Source of the DNA: Mantamonas sphyraenae STR306
Lineage: Eukaryota > Protista > CRuMs
NCBI GenBank assembly: GCA_026936335.1
Contig: JAPMXV010000042.1
Span: 372,001 to 436,000, forward strand
DNA length: 64,000 nucleotides
Reading direction: 5' to 3'
Made by a program: the position numbers and the translations under genes. Position 1 is the stretch's first letter. Each line of letters opens with the position of its first letter. The notes beneath the pieces are model-generated. The model was not told the origin of the DNA. It ran no database searches and was given only the letters and a program-made list of their open reading frames with translations. Below are positions 47,632 to 59,433 of this stretch, one piece after another.

Positions 47632-49394
47632 TCACCGTGCAAGCTGCCTCTTGCATTTGTCGGCGAGGGCGACCATACCGTACTGCTTCTGCGATAACTT
47701 GCGTGTTTCCTTGAGAAAGGCAGCTGTGGTGAGGTTGCCATTGTTGTGGGCACTGAATAGATAGTAGAGAAGATCGTCAATGGCCTGGGCTTCCGCCTGC
47801 AGACGCATCATTTGGCGCAGGACGACGTTGTCTGCCTCGGTATACTCGTCGATGTCCAGCTTCTCTGCGTCCGACTCGTGCTCTGCAATCCAGGCCTTGG
47901 TTTCCTGGATGGCCTTGTCGTGCTCCGCCATCGTTGTCTCCAGGTTTGCCTTGCGCTGCTTGAGTGAGCCAAGCCGCTCCGTCAGCTTTGTCTTTTCCTC
48001 GTTCAGCTGACCCTGTGATTCGAAGCATTCGTCGATGAGCGAGGTCTGCGAGCGACTGAACTCGCTCATGGCCGATTGCACGCGTCCAAACAGCTCCTGG
48101 CTAGCGTTCCGCTTCAACACCTCCTCGGGCTGTTCGTACGGTTGGTTGCCCATGTACTGACTCATGAACGCATTGCTACCGCCACCGCCGCCGCCACCGC
48201 CACCACTCGATGTGTTGCCTGACATGTTGGTTGTGGTTGTGGTTGTCATTCCCCCCTGTGAATAACCATAGCCCGTCGAGACGTTGCTGCTGTTGCTGGC
48301 CGTGTTTCCGCGCCCAAACGTGTACATGTTGTGTGTTTGCATGGTTTCGTGCTGCTGTTGTTGCTGCTGCTGTTGGTTGTGCCTCTGCTGGGCCATCCAG
48401 TTGTATCCTCCGCTCAGTTGCTGGCTCTTTCTGCGAGTCCTGCGTCTGCTGCGACTTCCAGTTGTACCCGGAGGATGTGTAGCCTGTGGAGGATGAGCTG
48501 CTGTTGCTGTTGGATGTGTTGCTGTTGTTCATGCCTGTTGACGTGCCTCCCCCACGTGTGACCTGCTTCTGGTACAGTGGCGGGTCATCGGAAAACACCT
48601 CGGTCAAAGCGAGAATGACCTGCACCAGCGAGCTTTGTTCCACGTTCCATTTGTGCAGGTACGGGTGGAAGCACTCGCCTGTGCTGGCGACGTGTTTATG
48701 CCCCTCCTTGATGACCATGTCTGTGCTCGTTTGCAGACGGCGCGGCGATCGGGAATCAGCACAAACCCCACACGGCAGACACCCTCACCCAAATCTATCC
48801 ACGGGCTCCTGCCGCAACATCCATAGCCATGACATGCACACCCTGGTGGTTTGCTTACCTTTGGTGGGTGTCACATACATCAGCGGCACCTCCTGTGGGT
48901 AGTGGCGCGGAACAAACAGAGCCACGGGGAAGTTGTACGTCGCGCCGCTGTACTCCACAGGAATGGTGCCGGTCAGCGCCAGGACGCTGTACCTGCTCTT
49001 GGAGTCGGCTGTTTGATGAAAGCACACAAATGCGGCGTTGTGTGTGTGTGTGTGAGTGTGTGTGTGTGCGAGTCGCGTCCTTTTGTACAAGGAACGCGGA
49101 AGCGGTGGGAAATCGGGAACCGGAATGAACGGAGCCCTTCCTGGGCAGCGCACTCGCCCTATTGCCACTCCGTATCCTGCGGCTGCTCTTTCAGGGCGCA
49201 CACTCACCAAGTTCGCGAATCTGGGGACCAAGCGACGGCACATTGTCCGTCACCTCCTTGGCGTCCCGGCTGGCACGGTTTCGGTTCGAGTACGACCCAA
49301 GGTGGTCCAGGATCACATCCACAGGGTGCTTCTGCTGCTGCTGCTGCTGCTGTTGGCCCTGGTCCTGCTTGGTGGAGCCTCCAAACGGCCACAT
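47632..49394 (-). CDS. TSG101: ESCRT-I subunit TSG101/Vps23
   Basis: Exons 49394-49208, 49008-48859, 48720-47632. UEV: LTGTIPVEYSGATYNFPV, YPQEVP..YVTPT, HPYLHKW, FSDDPPLY. Steadiness box: AIDDLLYYL...FLKETRKLSQKQY. Extra-base frameshift at about 48429. Confidence 0.93.
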
Positions 49395-49455
49395 GATCTG
49401 CAGATGAGCGTGTGAGTTTTTGGATGCGACGGCGCGGCCAGCAATCCGTTTCGCC

Positions 49456-51078
49456 ATGGTACGTGTGTGTGTGATTCGACACGGGGTGGGAGGAAGTGTG
49501 TGGATGGTTCGCTGACACGGAAGTGATTGTGCAGTCGTCCATCAACTCGTCGTCGATCGAGAGCAAGCACACGGACATGATCCACGATGCTCAGCTGGAC
49601 TTCTACGGCACCCAGCTGGCCACGTGCTCCTCCGACCGCTCCATCAAGATCTTCAATGTCAGCGATGACCAAACCACCTTTGTGTGCGACCTCCTCGGGT
49701 AAGTCAGCCTTCCAGTGTCGTCCCAAGCACAGCTGCAAAGGCATGCAGGCCAACCTCGCCTCGTCTTTGCCTGCAAAAACGCACCGCCTGTGCCTTCTCC
49801 ATCCACCGTGCACATCCTTCCCCTCCATCACTGGGCCCTGTGTGTCCATTCCATGCGGCTTGTGTCTCCAAACCTCCGTTCCCGACCCCGCTGCAGCCTT
49901 GTTCCGTGTCCGTTTCGGCCCGCGCGCTGCGCTGTGCTGACGTCGCCGCCCTCATTTGCGCCCTCTCTCGCAGCCACGAGGGTCCTGTGTGGCAGGTTGC
50001 CTGGGCCCATCCCAAGTTTGGCAACATTCTTGCCTCCTGCTCCCACGACACCAGCGTCTTTATCTGGAAGGAGACCTCCCAGCATGTGTGGGAGAAGATT
50101 TACACCCACGACGTCCACAAAGCCTCTGGTCAGTTTCCCTCAGCGCCACTGCCCCCGTGTTTCCTGGCCCACCCGTGCCCCATGCACGTCACTCTCGCTC
50201 CTTTCCATGCTGCCGTGTCCCTCTCCTGCCATCTCGTGTGTCTGTTGCCCTGCCCACTGACATGCTTGTCCCGCCTTTTGCGTGATTCCCACGTCACAGT
50301 CAATTCCATCTGCTGGGCTCCGCACGAGTTTGGCCTCATTCTGGCCTGCGGCTCCAGCGACAACCAAATCTCCGTGCTCATGCATAGCGAGGACGAGGGT
50401 TGGCTTTCGCCCATCGTCAAGGACAGCGCACATCCCGTCGGCTGCAACGCCGTCTCCTGGAGCCCCAGTGTGCCCAGCACCGAAGGCGACCAAATCCTCC
50501 GCCTTGTCTCTGGCGGCTGCGACAACGAAGTCAAAGTCTGGGAGTGAGTTTGCAGCCCTTGCTCCTGGCACCATCCCTTGTCATTTGTCCCTTTCATGCT
50601 TTCATCCACGCATCACACACACATGCGAGAACACTGTGTCGCTAACTCTCGGCGGCCCACCACCACCACGCCACGCCTGTGCAGACTTGTCGACGGTAGC
50701 CTGAACCTGAGTGAGCAGTCTCCCGCACAGAGTCATTCGGATTGGGTGCGTGACGTCGCCTGGGCGCCCAGTGTGGGTCTCCCGTCGTCCGTCATTGCCT
50801 CGTGCTCGCAAGACAAGACGGTGAAGATCTGGACGCAGGAAAAGGCCGGAGAGGAGTGGCAATGTGCCACGTTGCCCACCTTTAACGACACCGTGTGGAG
50901 GGTCAGCTGGAGCATGGCTGGCAACATCCTCGCCGTTTCCTGCGGCGACAACACCGTCTCGTTGTGGAAGCAGTCGCTGGACACCCCCAACGAAGACGAC
51001 TCGGAGGCCAATGGCTGGATCAAGATCTCCAACATGAAGGAGGGAGGCCAACTGGACGACATCTCCACAACACAGTAA
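49456..51078 (+). CDS. SEC13: SEC13 WD40 protein (COPII / nuclear pore)
   Basis: Exons 49456-49458 (ATG only), 49535-49698, 49974-50128, 50300-50543, 50685-51078. [78 protein letters not shown]. Confidence 0.97.
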
Positions 51079-51116
51079 AAAACGCAAACCTGTGCTCCGT
51101 CGTCCTGACCATCGCA

Positions 51117-52258
51117 ATGCTGCAGATGAAGCTGGGCAGGGTGCCGGCGTCGCTGCTCCTCCTTCTTGCCCTTCTCACTGCTTGGTGCCATGCCATCGAG
51201 CTCACAGACATGCACACAGTTGCATGGGGTGGCAGTGACTACGCCAAGCGACAAACAAATGTCGACGTCAATCTCGTCCTCGTCGTGCGGACAGCCAAGG
51301 CCGCTCACATTCCTGCCGAACTGCACCTCAAGCTGCGTAGCGCCAAGCACAGCCACAGCGTCACCGTGCCCGGCCACTCCTACGCAAACGACAATCAAGC
51401 TGCCGATGGACGCGGTGTCTTTCAATACGATGTCGATCCAGAGCCGCTCAAGCTCGTCTTGCCGCACGGTGAATGGTACGTAAGCCGCGTCCGCCTCACC
51501 GCCTACGACGGCAAGGATGTACTGTTGGACCATCACCATCTACTTGCCCAACACACGGCGGCCACCTTTGTGGTCGACCGCAAGCTGGGCCAGGCCCCCA
51601 GCTGTGGCGGCTGCGTCCATGGAACGTGCGACAAGGCGTCCGCCGCTGCCACTGCTACACAGGTTATACAGGCGCACGGTGCACCACGCGCAAGGCCACC
51701 AAGGGAGACACAAGTACAGAGGGACACAATTCAGACGCACAACACAGGGGTACGCCAGGCACACATGGTTCAAACGCAGGCTCGCAGCCCTCGTCGGACG
51801 CCGCCGCACAGGCCTCCCCGAAACCCAGCCCCTCTGCAGACTGCACACAGGGCTGTGTCAATGGCGTTTGTATCCATGGGGAAGGCTGTGTCTGCCACGC
51901 TGGCTTCTTTGGCGCAGCATGCACCTCGGACGAGCCTCCGTCGCCAAACTCACAGGTTTTCGCTGGCTTCCTCACTGTGGCCATTGTGCTCGGCCTCGTC
52001 ATCGCAGCCATCTGTGCGGGCTACTATTGCCACAGCGCTCGCCCCATCTCTTCACGCACCACACGCGCAATCAACAACAAACGCATGCAGGCAAAGGTCC
52101 GCCAACAAAACTCCTCCTCACCCGACTGGAAGCCCAACTGGGACCATGACACACAGGGGATCGCAGACTGGGACGACGACGAAGAAGACGATGATGTCGA
52201 GCAAGACGTCGAAACCATGCTGCTTGGTGCACGGGCGACCTCTGCGAGGAGGAGATGA
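51117..52258 (+). CDS. Single-pass type I membrane protein with two EGF-like domains
   Basis: Signal peptide (SLLLLLALLTAWCHA). EGF1 CGGCVHGTC...CHCYTGYTGARC (frameshift at about 51640). EGF2 CTQGCVNGVC..CVCHAGFFGAAC. TM segment FAGFLTVAIVLGLVIAAICAGYYC, then an acidic tail. Confidence 0.8.
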
Positions 52259-52262
52259 AGAT

Positions 52263-54400
52263 TCACTTTCGTGCAATGGCTGCCCAACTCCCTGCGCCTC
52301 CCCACGCCTTTGTCGCATTGCTGTTGCTCATTTCCTCCGCCTCTTCCTGCACATCGTCCCGAGGGGCGAGATCAGCCTCTTGTTCCCGGTCCTCCTCCTC
52401 CTTCTTCCTCTCGTTCTCATCCTGCTGCTTGATCTGCTGCTCCACCTTGTTGACCTCCTCCACTGCTGCTTGCGCCAGCACAGGATTTCGCTTGCCCCAC
52501 ACGTTGCCTGGCTTGGTACCGCTGCGGTTGCCACTGTTCTTGTTCTGTCCTTGACCCGCAGATCCGCTGCTGTTGCTGCTGTTGCTGCCTCGACGCCCAT
52601 CTCCTTGGTGGTTGCTGCCATTGTTGCGGCTGTTGCTGTTCCTGTTGTTGCTGTTGTTGTTGTTGCGTCCTCCTCGTCCTGAGCGATTGTTGTTGCGTCC
52701 GTTCTGGCCAGGCTTGGACCAATCCTTCTGTGTCGCCCACTGGCCCTTGGGCTGGTTGTTGCTGCTGCGGTTGTTGTTGCGACGTCCTCCTCCGCCGCCC
52801 CTGTTTGTCCCCTGCTCGTTCCTTCGCTTCTCTTCTTCCTCCGCCTTCTTCTTGCGCTCCTCCTCCTCCTTCTGCTTGCGCTCTTCCTCCTCCCGCTTCT
52901 TTCGCTCCTCCCTGCGTTGCCGCTCCTTCTCTCGTGCCATTTCAGAGAAACTCAGCACCTTCTCGTCAACCTTGACCGGTCCCAGAGCCTCTTCCTGGTC
53001 TGGGAAAGCCAGCTCGTCCACAATGGGGAAGCCATCGTCGTCCACAAGCACTCCATCGATCATTCGCGGCCCATTTCCCTTTGCGCTGCTCTCCTCCGTT
53101 TCCAGCTCGGCCCACACATTCTCTGTGGCCCTCTTGTCTTTGCTGCGTCGGCCTTTCCCACTCGGCCCAAAGTCCAGATTCAGTCGCTTTGCCTTTTCGC
53201 TCGCCTGTACCTTGTTCTTGTGCTTCTTCTTCTTGCCTCCCACTTCCTCCATCTCTGTGCCGTCCAGCGAGAGGCGCACCTCCTGAGGTCCCTGTTTGCG
53301 TGGCCCGCGTCGGTTGTGCACCGTCGTGAACCCGCTCTCGTCGTCCTCGTTGCTCGTATCAAACAGATCTGCCCAGCGCCGGTCCCGCTCGTCCGCGTAC
53401 AGCTGGCGCATCAGATTCGACGACTGTTGTTCCATGGCTCGTTTGTGTGCCAGCCAAAATTCGTACTCCACGTTGCGGTACGCAAACTTGCTGCTTGTCG
53501 CATCCTCGTTCTTCGTCTCCGTCTCAGTCGCCGCCTGCACCACCACCTCCTCCTCTTCTTCCGACGGAGGCTCGTCCAGCATGTCTGCAATGCCCAGCTT
53601 CTCGCGCACGGCCTGTGCCGTCTCGCTCTTTTCGTTCGACTCCACCGTCGGGCTCGGGTTGGTGATTTCCGGATGCGACGTCGCTGCATCCACCGCCTCG
53701 TCGACCAACTCGTACAGCAAAAACTGACACAGTCCTGCCATGGCCATCTGAGTGCTCGTGTACAGCACGTCGTAGTGGTTGCCGTGCGAGAAGCACAACG
53801 CAACCTCGCGTTCAAACCCATTGTCCAGCACGCTGGGTCCTTCGTCCAGATTCTGTGTCGATCGGATCGAAAAGTTCACTTGGTACATGAGCGATAGCGC
53901 TTGCAGCTCGATCTGCCCTCCCCATGTTGCAGGCGACCGCATTCGCAAGATGTACGCATCAAACCCGCGTTCATAGTCCACAAACGGCTCAAACATCTCA
54001 CGGTGCTCCTCCACGTAGTCGCAGCACTCCTTGCGCACTCGGATGTGCCGCGACTGCGTGTGGAACAGCGCGTCCGACACTGCTCGGAACTGTGTGGATT
54101 CCTCTCGCGTGAGCAAATTCATGGAAATTCCCACTCTAGCCTCGTTGGCTTCCTCGTCGCCCCGCCTGCACAACTCACCAGACACGCCCCATCGGGAGGA
54201 ATGGTCTTGCGCACCAACCCTGCGTTTGCAAAGAACTCATCCGCCATCGTGTCCTCCAGGGCGTACTCATCGACAAACTCGCCCTCCTCCGCGTCCTTCA
54301 CCATGGCTGCCTGCTCCTTCTCTGCCTTTTCTGCCTTTTCTGCCTTTTCCTTAGCCTGTGCCGCCTTTTGCCTCTGTTTCCTTTTGTTTCCTGATCCCAT
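52263..54400 (-). CDS. OTUD4: OTU deubiquitinase, OTUD4/ALG13/Otu-like, with RG/Asn-rich tail
   Basis: Exons 54400-54179 and 54089-52263. Catalytic DGACL|FRAVS spans the intron; WGGQIELQALSLMY, LCFSHGNHYD, LCQFLLYEL, YRNVEYEFWL. Confidence 0.8.
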
Positions 54401-54462
54401 GGTGTGTTTTTGGCTGCGGGAGTTTTAATTTCAGTGGCACGGCCTCGGCCACGGCAAACGCG

Positions 54463-56315
54463 ATGGGTGTCCCCAAGTTTTTCAGGTAAGGTGATCGTTG
54501 TGCCACAAAGCATGGTGGTGAGAAGAAACCAAACCCAATAGAACTTGTCTCTGGCCTCTCGTGGCCGCTCTGTAGTCCGGCGCAAACCTGCCCCACCATG
54601 TGGCTGCTGACACGCCTTGCCGACACTTCCTGCACACCACAGATGGCTGGCCGAACGCTACCCGTTGTGTCTGCGCGACGCACGTGCCCTGCCCGTGCCA
54701 GAGTTTGGTAGGTTGTCGGCGGTGCAAGGCAGGCGCCAGCGACACAAGAGGGCCGCGGGAGCCGATCACCACTTCCCTAGCGGCACACACACGCACACGC
54801 ACTCACACGCACATTTGCTTCACCGGCATCGGCCACCCGCAGACAACCTCTACCTCGACCTCAACGGGGTCATCCACAACTGCACTCACGGAGACGAGGG
54901 CAACGATCGCGACAGCCCGCAAACGGAGCGTGAACGCATGGTTGCCATTTTCGCGTACATTGAGAAGTTGGTGCAGCTCATCCAGCCCCAGTTCCTCCTC
55001 TACATTGCCATCGACGGTGTGGCACCACGCGCCAAGATGAACCAACAGCGACAGCGCCGATTTGGTACTGTGCGTGCCTACACTCAGGGCAATCCTGTCC
55101 CGCCAGAAACCGGCGACGACGACGACGACGATGTGGTCGTTATCGACGCTGAAGACGCAGACGAAGATGCACAAGATGTGACTGACAAGAGCCTCGACGA
55201 GGAATTGGGTCTGGACACGGCGGGAAGCTCCACGGGTTCGTCCAAAGCAGCGGAGGAGGCCATGGCTCAGGGCGACGACGAAGACTTTGTCTTTGACGAC
55301 GCCATGTTTGATAGCAATTGCATCACCCCGGGCACAGCTTTCATGAAGCGCTTGTCCCGCAGGCTGGACTACTTTATCCGCCGCAAGATCCATGAGGACA
55401 AGCAGTGGCGCCGCATCCAGGTTGTTCTCAGCGGCTGTGAAGTCCCTGGCGAGGGCGAACACAAGGTCGCCGACTTTATCCGCCGCCAAAAAAGCCAAGA
55501 GGGCTTCAACGCCAACACGCGGCATTGCCTGTATGGCCTCGATGCGGATTTGATCATGCTGTCGCTGGCCACGCACGAGCCCCATTTTGCTTTGTTGCGC
55601 GAAGAAGTTGTGTTTACATCCATGAACATCCGCCACCCCACGCTGGGCCATCTCAAGCAAGCTGTGCACACGCCCAAGCGTGACTCGTTCCAGCTGCTGC
55701 ACATCAGCCTGGTGCGCGAGTATCTCCAGCTCGAGTTTCGCCAGCTCATCGGCCGCTGCAGCCTTGAGCGCCTCATCGACGACTTTGTCTTTATGTCCTT
55801 CCTGGTAGGCAACGACTTTCTGCCGCCCCTCCAGGCCTTGGAGATCGACGAAGAAGGCCTCAACAACTTGCTGCGCGCATACAAAGAGTTGCAGCTGGAT
55901 TCGGCTGCGTCTGCCGCCGCACGCATGGCTGCCGAGGAAGGCAGCTCGTCGTCATCCTCATCCTCCTCTGGTGGCAAACAGCACGTGAAGATCCCAGTGG
56001 CAGACGATTCGAGCTATCTGGTGAATGCCAAGGCGGGCAAGATCAACCTGGCTGTGTTTGCCCTGCTTCTCAACATCCTCGCGGGCTACGAGAATGACCA
56101 CTTTCTCGACGTGGGCAAAACCAACAAAGAGGCCAACAAGATGCGCCGACGCAAGAAGCAGGCCGAGATTGTGCATCGTGTCATGACGCAGATGGGCGAT
56201 TATCTGGGCAATGTCAAGAGCAGCGAATGGCGCGACCGACTGCAGGCAGAAGCCGAACAGTTGCGTACAGACAAGCAAGCAGCCAAGGAGGAGGACAAAC
56301 AAGATGCAGAGGCAG

Positions 56316-56350
<35 letters not shown>

Positions 56351-59230
56351 GCAGGGCAGAACACAAGCGCCGACGACTCGCTCAAGCAGATGTTGGGCAT
56401 AGGAGGCAACGGCAACAAGAGCACAGGCGACCCCAAGGCGTCCAAGGCTACCCCGCAAAGCGACAGCGAGGCCACAGACATGCTCAAGTCACTGCTGGGT
56501 CTGACGAGTAGCCAGCACGCTGCCGAGGAGGAGGAAGTCAGCCGCACTGGCGTGGCACAGCTGGAAACAGACAGGCTCAAGAACTTGCTGGGTGTGGGAA
56601 GCACGCGCACGCTGGAAGCCAGCAACAGCGCAGGAAGCTCAAGCTCGAGCTCGGGCAGCCAAGACAAGAGCAAGGACGAGGGAGGCGAGGAGAAGTCTGC
56701 AACTGGCACCAGCAAGGCGCTGCTGCAGAGTGTAATTGACAGCACGTACTGGAAGCAGAACTGGCGCACAGTTTACTACGAAACCAAGTTCCCCGAGCAG
56801 ACGGTGGACGACGATTTTAAGCGCAAGCTTGTGTCGGACTACCTGCACGGCCTGGAGTGGGTGCTCAACTACTACTATCAGGGCCTTTGCAGCTGGCAGT
56901 GGTTCTATCCGCACTTTCACGCACCGCTCATTGCCGACGTGCTCAACTTTGTCGAGGTGGGCAACGAAATCAGCTTCGAGCTGGGCGAGCCATTTTCGCC
57001 GTGCCAACAACTGCTCGGTGTGCTGCCGTCTGCCTCGCGCAAGCTGCTGCCCGAGCCCTTGCAAAGCCTGATGGAGTCTGGCAGCGACATCTACGACTTT
57101 TACCCGCGCCAGTACAATCTGTTCTTGGACCCCAAGGGCCGCGAGTGGCGCAACATTGCCATCATCCCCTTTATCGACGCCGACCGCCTGCGTGCAGCAC
57201 ACCAGGCTGTGCTGGACAGCAGCGAGGGCGCAAAGATGACGGAAGCCGAGCTGCAACGCGACCGCTTTGGCGACGAGTACATCTATGCTCGCTCGAGCAA
57301 GTCGCATGCACTCAACACGGTAGACGTGGAGGATCCCGAGGGTGCGTTTGAGGATCAAACCATCTTTCCGTCGCTTGACAAGTGCAAGTGCGTGCGCCAG
57401 GTGCACCAGCGTCGTGAGTACCCGGAAGGGCGCTTTGAGGCCAAGCTGCTGCAGGGGGTATTGGTCAGTGCCAAGATCCCTCCCACAGGCTTCCCCACCA
57501 TGCACTCGCTGCGCTTTGGCGTGGACGTGCGCCCTGCCCGGATCCGCGTCTTTCACGGCCGTTCGCGCTCGGACAACTTTTTGGTGCGTGTGGCGCCCGA
57601 CAATGGCGTGGCCAACGTGCTAGGCACCAAGAGCAACGAGACGCTTGCAGACGAGCTGATTGACAACAATGTGTTTGTGCAGTGGCCGTTCCTGCTGGAG
57701 GCGCAGGTGACGCAGATGAGCACGCCGACGGAGACGTACATGCGCACTCGTGACGGACACATCAAGTCGCAGCGCACATCGCACTGGCCCGTGCAAGAGG
57801 TATGCGAAGAGCTGATGAACAAGGGCATTGAAATCGTGGAGCCCGAAGACGTGGAAGCCATGTTGACGGTGCGCCCGTTTGTGGGCATGCGACGCACAGA
57901 CGACGGCGCACATGTGCGACGCTACGCTGAAAAGACGATCGTGGTGCCGGCCAACATGGCTTTGCTGAAGCACCCTCGACCGGACCCGAGGTACAAGGAG
58001 CGCGAGCCTCAGACGGTGCAGGAGGAGTTTGAAGTGGGAACACGTGTGATCTACCTTGGAGCACGTTACTTTGGCAACCCTGCTGTTGTGACGGCACACG
58101 GAAAGAATGACACGGTGACACTGCAGGTGACGATCATGAAGACGCCCCCCGAGGACCTGGCCGTGAACACGGTGCAGAAGTGGAAGCGCAGCACAAAGTG
58201 GTACCGCACGTACGACCTGCAAAAGAAACTGGGCATGAGTGGCCTGGTGTTGGCTCGCATCTCATCGAGCATCAATGTGGACGGCGTGGCCGGCGTGGAA
58301 ATTGGCTTGAACCTGAAGAGCAGCGGCAAGAACCTGCAGTCTCCGGGCTTCACACGACGCACAAACACAAGCAGTGGCCAACGTGGAGGTGGAGGACGCG
58401 GAGGCGGAGGCAAGCCGCAGTGGGAGTACAGCTCCAACGCACTGACGCTGCTGTCGGAATTCAAGGAAACCTTCCCGGACCTGTTTGAGGGATTGGAGCA
58501 GCACGCCAAGAATGACCGCTTCACGCTGACGCAGCTGTTTGCAAGCGGCGAGTACGCGGAAAACGCTCTCAGCGACGCCAAGGCGGAAGAGGCGCGTCTA
58601 ATGGCACGCCTGGAGGAGGTGCTCGTGTGGATCCACAACAGCCCGGTGGGCAACGTGGATGTGGAGGAGGGAGGGATCACGCGGCTAGACAAGGAGAGCG
58701 TGCAGGAGATCGAAGAGATGGTGGACGAGCATTATGAGGAGACGCCTCACAGTGTGAGCAACGGCGGGTTTGGCACGGTGCAGCTGAAGGAGGTGCCTGC
58801 CAAGATGCTGATCAAGTCGTCCGACCTGTTGGTGTTTGGAAACGAGCATGGAGACAGCAGCAATCTCGCCAGCAGCAGCGCGTCGTCGTCGTCGATGTAC
58901 GTGGGCAGCAACACCGTGGAGCTGGGCGATCGTGTGGTAAACACACACGAGGAAGGTCCCACGCCGTTTGGTCTGCAAGGCACAGTGGTGGCTGTGCATC
59001 CCAACAGCACCGCGGCTGTGATGTTTGACGAACCGTTCATGAGCGGCACGACTCTGGGCTCGGCATGCAGAGGCACACGCGGTGCTGTGGTCCATCTCAA
59101 CTCGTTGCTCAACCTCAGCAAGCCACTGCTCATGCAAGACGATGAGGTGGACGAGGCACGTGCAAGCAAGAAGAAGCGCAAGGGCAAAGGCAACAGCGCG
59201 CCGCAGAACATGTGGGATTTGCTTGGATGA
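54463..59230 (+). CDS. XRN1: 5'-3' exoribonuclease 1
   Basis: Exons 54463-54485, 54643-54707, 54843-59230. MGVPKFFRWL.ERYP, DNLYLDLNGVIHNC, DGVAPRAKMNQQRQRRF, FDSNCITPGT, PGEGEHK, YGLDADL, VGNDFLP, plus XRN1-type C-terminal modules (IGLNLK, ELGDRVV, PFGLQGTVV). Confidence 0.97.
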
Positions 59231-59344
59231 TTGTTAGTGTCCATCCACACCCTTTGCCAAGTGCAAAGACTCATCCTCCTCATCCACAGCCGAACGCCGC
59301 GCATCGAAGAATGAACGCAACCTTGCATTTCATTCTCCTCTAGA

Positions 59345-59422
59345 CCTCCCCATCCACCCAATTACCCTCCCCTCCCCATCCATCCAATTACCCTCCCCTC
59401 CCCATCCACCCAATTACCCTCT
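59345..59422. repeat. 26-bp minisatellite x3 (CCTCCCCATCCAYCCAATTACCCTCY)
   Basis: Three near-identical adjacent copies at 59345, 59371 and 59397. Confidence 0.9.
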
Positions 59423-59433
59423 CCTCCCCCGAA

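Noticed and set aside
50895-52682. 595-aa ORF as a single protein
   Set aside because: It starts out of frame inside SEC13 and runs off-frame after the indel at about 51640. The coherent product is 51117-52258.
6805-56350. Many (AGC)n, (TCN)n and (AAC)n tracts as mobile or regulatory repeats
   Set aside because: They are in-frame poly-Ser, poly-Asn or poly-Gln linkers produced by slippage, with no terminal repeats or transposase.
59345-59422. Repeat as CRISPR array or telomeric sequence
   Set aside because: No spacers, a eukaryotic context, and the unit is not a short telomere repeat.
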